From Ruminococcus sp. (GTDB lineage: Bacteria; Bacillota; Clostridia; Oscillospirales; Ruminococcaceae): DNA of 64,000 nucleotides. The position numbers were made by a program, and so were the translations under genes. The stretch spans positions 2,326-66,325 of the forward strand of contig JAAVHJ010000033.1 of assembly GCA_014799805.1 (NCBI GenBank). Reading direction: 5' to 3'. The notes under the pieces are model-generated. The model ran no database searches. It was not told the DNA's origin and saw only the letters and a program-made list of their open reading frames with translations. Shown one piece after another: positions 15,818 to 25,628 of the stretch (position 1 is the stretch's first letter; each line of letters starts with the position of its first letter).

Positions 15818-17200
15818 ATGGCATTTGAGGGACTTTCTGAAAAATTAAGCAATGTATTTAAAAAATTAAAATCTCATGGCAGACTGACAGAAAGTGATGT
15901 CAAAGAAGCTATGCGTGAAGTACGTCTTGCCTTGCTGGAAGCAGATGTTAGTTATAAAGTCGTAAAAGATTTTGTTGCAAATGTTTCTAAACGGGCTGTT
16001 GGCGAAGATGTATTATCCAGTCTGACACCAGCACAGCAAGTGATTAAAATTGTCAATGATGAATTGATTCAGCTCATGGGCAATGATAATGTAAGAATTA
16101 ACATGTCTTCTAAACCGCCAACTGTTATGATGATGTGCGGTCTGCAAGGTTCAGGTAAAACCACACATTCTGCAAAGTTAGCAAAATATCTCAAAGCTGA
16201 AGGACATAGACCGTTATTAGTTGCCTGTGATATTTACAGACCTGCCGCAATTCAGCAATTACAAGTCGTTGGCGAAAAAGCCAATGTCACTGTATTTGAA
16301 ATGGGGCAGATAAATCCCATGACAATTGCAACACAAGCTGTGAAATATGCCAAAGATTATGGACATGATATTATTATTTTGGATACAGCAGGGCGTTTGC
16401 ATATTGATGTGGAATTAATGCAGGAATTGCAGGACGTAAAAGCAGCCACACACCCTGATGAAATTATGTTAGTTGTAGATGCAATGACAGGACAAGATGC
16501 AGTTAATGTCGCAAAGGCTTTTGATGATGCTCTTGGCATTGATAGTATTCTGATGTCAAAATTAGATTCTGATACAAGAGGCGGTGCCGCATTGTCTGTG
16601 TTAGCTGTCACTGGTAAGCCGATTAAATTTGTGGGTATGGGTGAAAAACTTGATGAATTTGAAAAATTTCACCCCAAACGCATGGCGTCCAGAATTTTGG
16701 GTATGGGCGATGTCTTGACTTTAATTGAACGTGCTGAAAATGTGATTGACCATAAAGAAGCTGAAAAGCTAACAAGAAAAATGCAAGAACAAAAATTTGA
16801 CATGACTGACTTGTTAGAACAGCTCCGACAAATTCGTAAAATGGGTTCACTCAAAAGCATTGTTTCTATGTTCCCTGGTGGAGATAAAATAGATGACAGT
16901 GCCTTAGATGATAAACAATTTGATAGATTAGAAGCGATTATTTTAGCTATGACACCTGCGGAACGTGCGAAGCCTTCAATTATTAATCCGTCCAGAAAAA
17001 GACGTATTGCCAAAGGCAGTGGTATGAAAGTGGAAGATGTTAATAGACTATTAAAGCAATTTGAACAAATGCAAAAAGTGATGAAACAGTTCACTAACAA
17101 AGGCAAAAAACAAAAGGCTATGCTCCGACAGGCAAAACGCTCTTTTGCAGGCATGAATTTTGATAATATGCCTGGTATGAAGCCTAAGAAAAAAAAATAA
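15818..17200 (+). CDS. ffh: Signal recognition particle protein Ffh
   Basis: GLQGSGKTT, DTAGR and SKLD GTPase motifs plus a Met-rich M domain. Confidence 0.95.
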   Translation: MAFEGLSEKLSNVFKKLKSHGRLTESDVKEAMREVRLALLEADVSYKVVKDFVANVSKRAVGEDVLSSLTPAQQVIKIVNDELIQLMGNDNVRINMSSKPPTVMMMCGLQGSGKTTHSAKLAKYLKAEGHRPLLVACDIYRPAAIQQLQVVGEKANVTVFEMGQINPMTIATQAVKYAKDYGHDIIILDTAGRLHIDVELMQELQDVKAATHPDEIMLVVDAMTGQDAVNVAKAFDDALGIDSILMSKLDSDTRGGAALSVLAVTGKPIKFVGMGEKLDEFEKFHPKRMASRILGMGDVLTLIERAENVIDHKEAEKLTRKMQEQKFDMTDLLEQLRQIRKMGSLKSIVSMFPGGDKIDDSALDDKQFDRLEAIILAMTPAERAKPSIINPSRKRRIAKGSGMKVEDVNRLLKQFEQMQKVMKQFTNKGKKQKAMLRQAKRSFAGMNFDNMPGMKPKKKK

Positions 17201-17266
17201 TTTGCTTTTTATGCGATTTCCGCATGAAATATATATGAAATATTAAATTTGTGAGGTGAATTTAAA

Positions 17267-17509
17267 ATGGCAGTAAAAATCAGATTAAGAAGAATGGGTG
17301 CAAAAAAAGCGCCTTTCTATCGAATTGTAGTTGCTGATTCTCGTTTCCCAAGAGATGGCAGAAGCATTGACGAAATCGGTTATTATGACCCGACAAAAGA
17401 ACCATCTATTGTAAAAGTAGATGCTGAAAAAGCCAAAGAATGGATTGGCAAAGGTGCACAGCCAACAGATATTGTCAAAACTCTGCTGAAAAAAGAGGGC
17501 GTGCTTTAA
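17267..17509 (+). CDS. rpsP: 30S ribosomal protein S16
   Basis: [26 protein letters not shown] is the canonical S16 N-terminus. Confidence 0.95.
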   Translation: MAVKIRLRRMGAKKAPFYRIVVADSRFPRDGRSIDEIGYYDPTKEPSIVKVDAEKAKEWIGKGAQPTDIVKTLLKKEGVL

Positions 17510-17612
17510 TCTAAAGCTAAAAATGGATAGTGCCTGAATTATCCCTCGCTTTGCAAGTTGTTCTGCTTGCAAGTGAGGGGAATTGATGGCATGAAGAAAG
17601 GATTTTTTTATT

Positions 17613-17849
17613 ATGAAAGATTTATTATATGCCATTGTTGTGGGTCTGGTAGAAGATAGTTCTGCAATTGAAATTACACAAGATGAACCAAATGAAGAAG
17701 GTGTGATTGTATTTCATTTACGTGTTGCAGAAAATGATATGGGCAGAGTGATTGGCAAGCAGGGCAGAATTGCAAAAGCGATTAGAACAATTATGCGTTC
17801 TGGTGCAACCAGAAAGGGCATAGATGCAATTGCAGTTGAAATTGGCTGA
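17613..17849 (+). CDS. khpA: KH-domain RNA-binding protein (YlqC/KhpA family)
   Basis: VIGKQGRIAKAIRTI is a KH GXXG motif. The gene sits in the conserved position between rpsP and rimM. Confidence 0.85.
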   Translation: MKDLLYAIVVGLVEDSSAIEITQDEPNEEGVIVFHLRVAENDMGRVIGKQGRIAKAIRTIMRSGATRKGIDAIAVEIG

Positions 17850-17863
17850 TATAGGTGAATCTC

Positions 17864-18385
17864 ATGCAAAAGCGTTTTTTAGAAATTGGAAAAATAACCA
17901 ACGTCCATGGTCTGCATGGGGAGCTGAAAGTTTACCCGTGGTGTGATGATGTGACGTTTTTGTGTTCTTTTGGGAAATTATATTTAGATAAGCAAGGAAA
18001 AAAAGAAATTAAAATTATAAAAACTAAAATTCAGCAAAATCTTGTAATTATGCAAATAGAAAATTGCAATACTCGTGAACAGGCAGAGAATTTTAAAAAT
18101 CAAGTGCTTTATATGGACAGACAAGATGTGGAGTTAGAAGAAAATTGTTATTTTATTCAGGATTTAATCGGCTTGCAAGTAATAGATATTGATACTGGCA
18201 AAATATGGGGTGTGATTCGTGATGTCATGCAAACAGGTGCAAATGATGTCTATGCTATCTGGAATGCACAGGAAAAAAAAGAATATCTTGCTCCTGCCAT
18301 TCCTGATGTGATTCTGGAAACAGATTTAAAATCAGGTATCATGAAAATCAGACCATTGAGAGGGCTATTTGATGATACGGATTGA
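17864..18385 (+). CDS. rimM: 16S rRNA processing protein RimM
   Basis: EIGKITNVHGLHGELKV N-terminal signature and a PRC barrel C-terminus. The ATG at 17864 is preferred over the GTG at 17855. Confidence 0.85.
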   Translation: MQKRFLEIGKITNVHGLHGELKVYPWCDDVTFLCSFGKLYLDKQGKKEIKIIKTKIQQNLVIMQIENCNTREQAENFKNQVLYMDRQDVELEENCYFIQDLIGLQVIDIDTGKIWGVIRDVMQTGANDVYAIWNAQEKKEYLAPAIPDVILETDLKSGIMKIRPLRGLFDDTD

Positions 18386-19070
18386 TATTGCAACGTTATT
18401 TCCAGAAATGTGTGAAACTGTTTTGTCAGAAAGTATTATTGGTCGTGCCAGAAAATCAGGAGCAATTGAAATTCATTGTCATAATATCAGAGACTATACA
18501 ACAGATAAACATCGTCGTGCAGATGATACCCCTTATGGTGGGGGAATGGGCATGGTCATGAAAGCAGAGCCGATTTATCGCTGTTGGCAAGCTGTCTGTG
18601 AAGAATTAAACCAAAAGCCTTATAGTATTTTTTTATCTCCACAAGGACATGTATTAACACAGAAAAAAACTGTGGCATTATCTAAAAAAGAAAATTTATT
18701 TTTACTTTGTGGACATTATGAAGGTGTTGACCAAAGAGTATTAGATAAAATCATTGATGAAGAAATTTCGATTGGTGATTATGTATTAACTGGCGGTGAA
18801 CTGCCTGCTTTAGTACTGACAGATGCCATTGCAAGAATGTGTCCTAATGTATTATCTTCTGCATTATGCTTTGAAGATGAAAGCCATTGGAATGGTTTGC
18901 TGGAATATCCGCAGTATACCAAACCTGAAACATGGGAAAATTTATCTGTTCCAAGCGTATTATTATCAGGCCATCATTTAAAAATTGCCCAGTGGCATGA
19001 ACAGGAAAGTTTGCGTGTGACACAAGAAAAGCGTCCTGATTTGTATCAATCATGGATTGACAAAAATTGA
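18369..19070 (+). CDS. trmD: tRNA (guanine37-N1)-methyltransferase TrmD
   Basis: IDIATLFPEM, DDTPYGGGMGMVMK and GHYEGVDQRV motifs. It overlaps the rimM stop. Confidence 0.95.
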   Translation: MMIRIDIATLFPEMCETVLSESIIGRARKSGAIEIHCHNIRDYTTDKHRRADDTPYGGGMGMVMKAEPIYRCWQAVCEELNQKPYSIFLSPQGHVLTQKKTVALSKKENLFLLCGHYEGVDQRVLDKIIDEEISIGDYVLTGGELPALVLTDAIARMCPNVLSSALCFEDESHWNGLLEYPQYTKPETWENLSVPSVLLSGHHLKIAQWHEQESLRVTQEKRPDLYQSWIDKN

Positions 19071-19341
19071 CAAATTTTCTAGCACCCTGCACAGAATTTT
19101 AAGTTGAAATTTGTAAGATACGAATAGTATCTTTCACAAAAATCATGATTGATATGATTTGTGAATATGTACAAATAATAAGTCTATTAGTAGGCTTTTG
19201 TTTTAACAAACCGTAGAATTTTGAAAAAAAACGTCTGAATATTAAAAAAAACTATTGACGAGATTGTAATTTGCATGTATAATTACATTATGCGAAATAA
19301 TTAAATTATATTGCAGTGTTGCAAAGATGGGAGAGTTTTTT

Positions 19342-19614
19342 ATGTTTGTGAAAGATGTAACTGTTCAAAATCAAGTAGGTCTGCATGCAAGACCAGCAAC
19401 TTTCTTTATTCAGAAAGCGAATGAATTCAAGTCCTCTATCTGGATTGAAAAGAAAGAACGCCGTGTAAACGCAAAGAGCCTGTTAGGCATTTTGTCTCTT
19501 GGTATCGTTGGTGGCACGGATATTCGTATTATTGCTGATGGCAGTGACGAATCAGCAGCCGTTGATGCACTGGTTGAACTGGTGGAAAGCGGTTTCAATG
19601 ACGAAAACAGATAA
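19342..19614 (+). CDS. ptsH: Phosphocarrier protein HPr
   Basis: GLHARPA (His15 site) and NAKSLLGILSLG (Ser46 site). The start is at MFVK, after GGGAGAG. Confidence 0.9.
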   Translation: MFVKDVTVQNQVGLHARPATFFIQKANEFKSSIWIEKKERRVNAKSLLGILSLGIVGGTDIRIIADGSDESAAVDALVELVESGFNDENR

Positions 19615-19634
19615 GAAAGCGGACATACTCTATT

Positions 19635-19662
19635 GGGCTGCCAATATGGCAGCCCTTTTTTT
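19635..19662. terminator. Intrinsic terminator after ptsH (convergent with spoIVB)
   Basis: GGGCTGCC-aatat-GGCAGCCC followed by T7. Confidence 0.75.
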
Positions 19663-19681
19663 ATTATTTTTCGCTTGCTTT

Positions 19682-20908
19682 TTATTCTGTGCTTCTGGTA
19701 TATTCATACATGTTTTCTGCAAAAATACCATAACCCATAGAGGGCTGACTGACAAAAACATGTGTAACAGCTCCTACTAATTTGCCGTTTTGTATAATTG
19801 GACTGCCACTCATGCCTTGTACAATTCCGCCAGTATAATTTAATAATTCTTCGTCTGTGACTTCAATTATCATATTTTGTGTGTCGTCTGTATAATCTAA
19901 TGCTGTAATTTCTACAGAATAGGCTTTTGGTTCATTGCCCTGTACTGTTGTTAAAATCACAGCTTCGCCAAGTGTAATTTCTTGTTTTAATCCTAAGGGA
20001 ATTGCTTCTGCATCACTGGGAAGATTTTCTAAATGACCAAATACACCGCATTTGCCATTATAGTCTAATGTTCCAATTGGTTCTTGTGCAGAGAAATAGC
20101 CTTGTAGCTGTCCAGCAGAACCTGCTTGTCCTTTAATTGCGCCGTTAATTGTCACTGTATCTGCAACGCCACTGCCCAAAGGAATTAATTCTCCTGTGTC
20201 TGCATCACAAATAGGGTGTCCTAAACCGCCAAAGCATTTACTAGATGGTTCATAATAAGTTAGCGTTCCAATACCAGCTGTACTGTCACGTACCCAAAGC
20301 CCCGTTTGCCAACACTGTTCCATAACAGAATATTTTGGAAAAAGCGTTAAGTCAAGAAATTTATCATCTCTTTGTATTGTTAATGCTAACGCATTACCGT
20401 TAGAATTTGCTACGGCATTTTTAAAGTCATTGGTGCTAGTAATCTCTTGATGATTAATTTGTTTAATAATATCGCCCTCTAAAATACCAGTTTCTACAGC
20501 AGGACAGCAACCGCCTGTTTTGGATTCGACTTCGCCAAAGCCAATTACCATGATGCCGTCCATGAGCATTCTTACGCCGAATGGTTGCCCACAGGGAACT
20601 AGCATAATTTGATCAACAGTTTGCACTTGTACTTGTTTCACAGGAAAAATATTAAATAATTTTAATTGCATTTGATTTGTAGAATTGATATTAGCTTTTG
20701 AAAGTGCAACTGTTGCCGCCACGGCTTCTGTTGGTGTTGCTGTAATCGGCAATATTGTGTTAAATTCTAGTGTCTCCCCACGGTGTATATAATAATTATC
20801 TGCTAAATGTCCTGCATAATATAATGCACTTGTGACAGGTTGTAACAGTAAAAGCGTGGCAAGCATTGCGAGCCTTTTTTTAAAATTTTTTTTATCATGA
20901 AATTGCAT
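19682..20908 (-). CDS. spoIVB: SpoIVB peptidase (S55) with PDZ domain
   Basis: GMSGSPIIQNGKLVGAVTHVFV catalytic Ser region and the GIGTLTYYEP motif typical of SpoIVB. Confidence 0.85.
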   Translation of the reverse strand: MQFHDKKNFKKRLAMLATLLLLQPVTSALYYAGHLADNYYIHRGETLEFNTILPITATPTEAVAATVALSKANINSTNQMQLKLFNIFPVKQVQVQTVDQIMLVPCGQPFGVRMLMDGIMVIGFGEVESKTGGCCPAVETGILEGDIIKQINHQEITSTNDFKNAVANSNGNALALTIQRDDKFLDLTLFPKYSVMEQCWQTGLWVRDSTAGIGTLTYYEPSSKCFGGLGHPICDADTGELIPLGSGVADTVTINGAIKGQAGSAGQLQGYFSAQEPIGTLDYNGKCGVFGHLENLPSDAEAIPLGLKQEITLGEAVILTTVQGNEPKAYSVEITALDYTDDTQNMIIEVTDEELLNYTGGIVQGMSGSPIIQNGKLVGAVTHVFVSQPSMGYGIFAENMYEYTRSTE

Positions 20909-21158
20909 GCTTCACCTACTTTCTTAAATTTTTTATTTTAATTTTTTTAAGTTATGCAATGCATTTGCATGCACATCAATAGCGTTTCCGTTTTGTATCA
21001 AAATTATAAAAGAAAAATTCAGACAGAAAGGGCAATTTATGAAAATTTTTATCAAAATTTATTTTTTGTGTATGTTTTTTCTGTTAATATTGACTTTTGT
21101 AATGACGTGTGATATAATAAAAATACTGCAAATTAGAATCGATGGAGGAAAAAACAGT

Positions 21159-21755
21159 ATGAAGAAAACAATATTATTTGTAATTTTACAACAGTATGCA
21201 GATTGGGAAGCAGCATATATTTCATCGGCAATTGCTATGTTAGGACAGGGCGAATATGAAATAAAAACAGTGTCTTTATCAAATGATTTTGTCCAGTCAA
21301 TCGGTGGATTTAAAGTATTGCCTGACTATGATATAATATCTGTTCCTGATAATTATGAAGCTGTTATTTTGATAGGTGGTATGACATGGAGAAATGAAAA
21401 CGCAAAAAAGATTGACAAGCTTGTGAATGAATGCGTTCAGAAAGGAAAGATTTTAGGCGGTATCTGTGATGCCTCCGCTTTTTTGGGAACAGTTGGCGTT
21501 CTAAATGATGTCATGCATACAAGCAATGATTTAAATGATTTGAAACAATGGGCAGGTTCAATTTATACAGGCGAATCAAAATATATTGCCAAACAGGCAG
21601 TTCGTGATAAAAATATTATCACAGCGAACGGAACGGCAACAATGGAATTTGCCAAAGAAATTTTACTTGCTTTGAATATCGCTGAAGATAAAGTATTAGA
21701 TTGGTATTATTTTCACAAATTAGGCTTCTATGTTGCACCTATGCCTAACATGTAA
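21159..21755 (+). CDS. DJ-1/PfpI family (class I glutamine amidotransferase-like) protein
   Basis: Nucleophile-elbow motif GGICDAS. Start at MKKT (GGAGG RBS); the upstream 40 codons in the track are unlikely to be coding. Confidence 0.7.
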   Translation: MKKTILFVILQQYADWEAAYISSAIAMLGQGEYEIKTVSLSNDFVQSIGGFKVLPDYDIISVPDNYEAVILIGGMTWRNENAKKIDKLVNECVQKGKILGGICDASAFLGTVGVLNDVMHTSNDLNDLKQWAGSIYTGESKYIAKQAVRDKNIITANGTATMEFAKEILLALNIAEDKVLDWYYFHKLGFYVAPMPNM

Positions 21756-21935
21756 ATTTATTTTTGATAGACTAATTAATATTACATATTTTTTAAAATC
21801 GTAATTTTTTGTATCAAACTACTTGACAAATAACTAGTAAATACAGTATAATAAAATTATACAAATATTTTTTGCAAAAAGGCAAAAAAATAATCAATTA
21901 CTATTATTTTTTAGAAAGGAAGGTAATTTTAAATC

Positions 21936-23798
21936 ATGAAAATGAAAAAAATCATAGCAGGTGTTTTAGCTATGACACTTGTATGTGCTGTAAGCACACC
22001 TGTGATACAACAAACAGATTTCAGCTCTCTCACAGCACAAGCAATGGGTGAGGCTGTAAAATCTAATTGGGATATTAAAAAATATTATGATATTGATGAT
22101 TTTACAATTCAGTATGTGCAAGCTGGTTATGTGCAGATTATTTCTTATAATAATCCTGATGCAGAAGAAGTTGTCATTCCTGATAGTTTCAATGATGGTG
22201 ATACAGATTTTCCAGTGCAAGTACTCTATGCCGAATCTTTTCAAGGTTGCAAAATGAAAAAAGTAACCATTCCGGATACTGTCAAGACAATCAAAGCAAA
22301 TGCATTCTGTAACTGTGACCAGCTGGAAGAAATTATTGGCATGAAAAATGTAGAAAGTATTGCAGAAAGTGCATTTACATCTTGTCAGGCATTGAAAGAA
22401 CTTAATTTGCCTGATACGTTGACAACAATCGGCACAGAAGCATTTGCATTCTGTAATAGCTTGACGGAAGTCACAATTCCAGGTAGTGTCACAAGTATGG
22501 GAACTTATTTATTTTCTACTTGTATCAATCTGGAAACAATTACGATTTCAGAGGGTGTGACAAAAATCAGTGACAAAATGGCATATTATTGCAGTAATTT
22601 AAAAACTGTTAATATTCCAGCAAGTGTTACAACCATTCGTGATGGTGCATTCCAGTTAACGGGACTAGAAGAATTTGTAATTCCAGACACTGTGAAAAAA
22701 GTTGGTCAGGGTGCATTTACATTCTGCGGAAGTTTAAAAAGTGTTACGCTCTCCAAAGGGTGTACTGTATTAGAAACGGAATTATTCCAAGATTGTTCTG
22801 CACTTGAAACTGTTATTATTCCAGAGGGAATAGAGAGAATCCGCAGAGGTGCATTTACCAATTGTACAAGTTTAAAACAATTAACATTGCCATCTACAGT
22901 GAACAGAATAGAAAGTTACGCATTTTATAACTGCTCTGCATTAGAAACATTGAGTTTCCCTGATGGTGTCACAGCAATTGATGAATATACATTCAGTAAG
23001 TGTACAGCTTTAAATCATATTACATTGCCATCTAATTTGACGAATATTGGTGTTTATGCATTCTATGACTGCAAATCTCTTGACAGCATTGTGATTCCTG
23101 CATCTGTGAATTCTGTTGGAAGTTATGCATTCTATGGCTGTGACGGCATGAAAACTGCAAAATTTGAGGGCAGTATGAAAAAATTAGGTATTTGGAGTTT
23201 TGCAGGCTGTACCAGTCTTGAAGAAATTACTTTGCCAGAGGGTTTAACAACATTAGATAATCATATCTTATACAGATGTACCGCTTTGGAAAATCTTGAA
23301 ATTCCAGATACTGTGACTAAAATTGATGGTTATGCACTTGCTGGATGTGATTCTTTGAAAGAAGTGCAAATTCCTGAAAGTGTAACTTCTGTTGGTGATT
23401 ATGCAATCGGCTATGGTGAGGGCGTTGTACCTGAAGTCAATACAGAAATTAATATTGTCAGCGATTCAGAAGCTGTACAGGATTTCTGCAAAGATAATCA
23501 GGTTGTCCTGAATGGTGAATTGCCTTCTGATAATAATACACCAACTGATAAAGAAGTAACTTCTGATTTGTTATTAAGTTATTTACATGGCAAAGAAACA
23601 TTCTCTGAAAATCAATTTAAATCTGCTGATAAAAATGGAGATGGCATTGTTAATATTTATGACTGGGTTCTGATGAAAAAAGGTAGTAATTCTGTAGAAT
23701 CAACACCAACAGAGGAAGAAGTATCACCAGAGCAAACTGGACCTGAAGAAGTAATAATTCCAGACACACCTGAAGCATTTGTTACACTTCCTGAATAA
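21936..23798 (+). CDS. BspA-like leucine-rich-repeat surface protein with C-terminal dockerin-like module
   Basis: Signal peptide and more than 15 repeats of about 23 aa (IP..V..IG..AF..C..L). The C-terminal Ca-binding segment is DKNGDGIVNIYDWVLMKK. Confidence 0.8.
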   Translation: MKMKKIIAGVLAMTLVCAVSTPVIQQTDFSSLTAQAMGEAVKSNWDIKKYYDIDDFTIQYVQAGYVQIISYNNPDAEEVVIPDSFNDGDTDFPVQVLYAESFQGCKMKKVTIPDTVKTIKANAFCNCDQLEEIIGMKNVESIAESAFTSCQALKELNLPDTLTTIGTEAFAFCNSLTEVTIPGSVTSMGTYLFSTCINLETITISEGVTKISDKMAYYCSNLKTVNIPASVTTIRDGAFQLTGLEEFVIPDTVKKVGQGAFTFCGSLKSVTLSKGCTVLETELFQDCSALETVIIPEGIERIRRGAFTNCTSLKQLTLPSTVNRIESYAFYNCSALETLSFPDGVTAIDEYTFSKCTALNHITLPSNLTNIGVYAFYDCKSLDSIVIPASVNSVGSYAFYGCDGMKTAKFEGSMKKLGIWSFAGCTSLEEITLPEGLTTLDNHILYRCTALENLEIPDTVTKIDGYALAGCDSLKEVQIPESVTSVGDYAIGYGEGVVPEVNTEINIVSDSEAVQDFCKDNQVVLNGELPSDNNTPTDKEVTSDLLLSYLHGKETFSENQFKSADKNGDGIVNIYDWVLMKKGSNSVESTPTEEEVSPEQTGPEEVIIPDTPEAFVTLPE

Positions 23799-23840
23799 TT
23801 TTTTTTAAAATTAAAATTATTTATTTTGTAAATTAAAAAA

Positions 23841-23865
23841 AGAGGCTGGCAACAGCTTCTTTTTG
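23841..23865 (+). terminator. Intrinsic terminator
   Basis: AGAGGCTG-gcaa-CAGCTTCT followed by a T-run. Confidence 0.55.
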
Positions 23866-23904
23866 TTAGATGATTAGATGATTAGAATTAGAAAGGGTTA
23901 TTTT

Positions 23905-24633
23905 ATGAATTTCAAAAAAGAACCTATTGGAAATGCTATTTTTGTGTATACATCAAAAGAACATAGATTTGGAACAGATGCATTTTTATTAACAAAATTT
24001 TCAAATTATAAATCCAAAGATATTGTTTGTGAATTCGGCACGGGCTGTGGCATTATTGCATTGCTAATGCAGAAATATAAACCACCTGTTATGACATATG
24101 CGTTAGATATTCAGGAACAGGCGATTATGCAATTAGAATTAGGCATACAGGCAAGTCATGCGAAAAATATTATGCCAGTTTGTACAGATTTAAAAAATTT
24201 TCAAGACTGGGAAACTATTCCCTATGGGAAAATTAGTTTAATTATCTGTAATCCGCCTTATCAGCCTTGTGGTTCGGGCTATGAAGCAAGTCTGGAATCA
24301 CAAAGAATTGCAAGACATGGTGTTTATTGCAGTCCAGAAGATATTTGCAATTCTGCCTGTCAGTTATTAAACGCAAACGGACGGCTTTGTATTTGCGGAA
24401 AACCAGAACGTTTGCCAGATTATATCTGTGCCATGAGAAATTATAACATAGAGCCAAAACGTTTGCAATTTGTTTCTAAAAATGCGGAAGATATGCCTTG
24501 GCTGTTTTTACTGGAGGGCAGGAAACATGCGAAAAAATTTTTACAAATGGAAAAGCCTTTTATTATGTATCAGAACGGTGAATTAACCCCACAGGCAAGA
24601 GCTTTATATCAGAATCAGGAGCGTGAATCATGA
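23905..24633 (+). CDS. SAM-dependent N6-adenine methyltransferase (YabB / TrmN6-like)
   Basis: The SAM motif EFGTGCGIIAL and the catalytic motif IICNPPY. It is coupled (ATGA overlap) to rsmI, as with yabB-yabC in Bacillus. Confidence 0.75.
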   Translation: MNFKKEPIGNAIFVYTSKEHRFGTDAFLLTKFSNYKSKDIVCEFGTGCGIIALLMQKYKPPVMTYALDIQEQAIMQLELGIQASHAKNIMPVCTDLKNFQDWETIPYGKISLIICNPPYQPCGSGYEASLESQRIARHGVYCSPEDICNSACQLLNANGRLCICGKPERLPDYICAMRNYNIEPKRLQFVSKNAEDMPWLFLLEGRKHAKKFLQMEKPFIMYQNGELTPQARALYQNQERES

Positions 24634-25469
24634 GCGGTATTTTATATGTTACAGGGACACCAATTGGAAATTTAGAAGATATTACATTAAGACAGCTTAG
24701 AATTTTACAAGAAGTTGATTTTATTATTGCCGAAGATACCAGAGTTACCAGGAAATTATTAACCCATTTTGAAATCAAAAATGAATTAATTAGCTATCAT
24801 GAACATAGTGATATAACTACAATCAATTATATTCTTGATAGAATTCAAAACGGTGAAAATTGTGCCATTGTGACAGATGCGGGTATGCCTTGTATTTCCG
24901 ACCCTGGAGAAAAAATTGTAAAATTATGCTATGAAAAAAATATTTCTGTGCAGTCTGTTCCAGGTGCAAGTGCTGTGATTACAGCTTTGTCTATCAGTGG
25001 CGGTTCGACAAAGCAATTTGCATTTTATGGTTTCTTACCAGTGGATAAAAAACAGCGTTCTGCTATGCTGGAAGAATTAAAAACAGAATTCAGAACTTGT
25101 GTGTTATATGAAGCACCTCATAAGCTTTTGAAAACAGTTTCTGATTTATATAAAATTTTAGGAGCTGAACGAAAATTATCACTTTGCCGTGAATTAACTA
25201 AAATTCATGAAGAAGTGATTCGGTTTTCTTTGCAGGAAGCTGTGAATTATTATGAAACTCATGTGCCGAGGGGTGAATATGTTCTGGTTTTAGACGGTGC
25301 AGAAAAATCAGATAATGATAAATTAACTTTAGAAGATGCAATTTCTATTGCAAAAGCTTATCTTGCACAGGGTATGTCTGCAGCAACTGCTGCGAAATTA
25401 TCTGCAAAAGAAACTGGTATTCAGAAAAATTTCATTTATCAGGCTTTGCATCATACAGGAAATTCTTAA
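24630..25469 (+). CDS. rsmI: 16S rRNA (cytidine1402-2'-O)-methyltransferase RsmI
   Basis: LYVTGTPIGNLEDITLRQLRILQEVDFIIAEDTR tetrapyrrole-methylase-type N-terminus. Confidence 0.9.
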   Translation: MSGILYVTGTPIGNLEDITLRQLRILQEVDFIIAEDTRVTRKLLTHFEIKNELISYHEHSDITTINYILDRIQNGENCAIVTDAGMPCISDPGEKIVKLCYEKNISVQSVPGASAVITALSISGGSTKQFAFYGFLPVDKKQRSAMLEELKTEFRTCVLYEAPHKLLKTVSDLYKILGAERKLSLCRELTKIHEEVIRFSLQEAVNYYETHVPRGEYVLVLDGAEKSDNDKLTLEDAISIAKAYLAQGMSAATAAKLSAKETGIQKNFIYQALHHTGNS

Positions 25470-25628
25470 CAGCAAAAAAATTTTTTTAGTTCTAAATTGT
25501 GAAGTTTTCACAAATTTTTATAATATTATCTTGTAAGCCTGTTGTTTGTGTTGACATTCTGTAAAATTTATTGTATAATAATTTTATTGTTTTGCGTTTA
25601 AAGTTTAAATTGAAATGAGGTTTTACAT

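Noticed and set aside
16357-17154. Antisense ORFs within ffh (16357..16611, 16623..16850, 16669..17154), and similar antisense ORFs within pilB, pilT, polA, the GH44 gene and the anti-sigma gene (28353..28589).
   Set aside because: They overlap well-supported conserved genes on the opposite strand. They lack RBS signals and have compositionally biased products.
17540-17585. An imperfect hairpin of about 13 bp (CCCTCGCTTTGCAAG...CTTGCAAGTGAGGG) between rpsP and khpA, considered as an attenuator or ncRNA.
   Set aside because: It has no T-run and no flanking promoter, and it lies inside a conserved operon. It is most likely an mRNA processing or stability structure, and I cannot support more than that.
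20909-21000. The ATGCAATGCATTTGCATGCA quasi-palindrome upstream of spoIVB, considered as a forespore sigma (F/G) promoter or operator.
   Set aside because: I could not align a convincing -35/-10 pair for sigma-F or sigma-G, or a perfect dyad. It may be regulatory, but the sequence alone does not support a call.
25497-25520. The TTGTGAA-gtt-TTCACAA inverted repeat after rsmI, considered as a CRP/FNR-type site. It resembles the palindrome upstream of the COG0523 operon.
   Set aside because: The half-site spacing (TGTGA-N5-TCACA) does not fit the N6 CRP/FNR consensus. The repeat sits right after a stop codon and is followed by a T-run, so it is more simply a weak terminator of rsmI.
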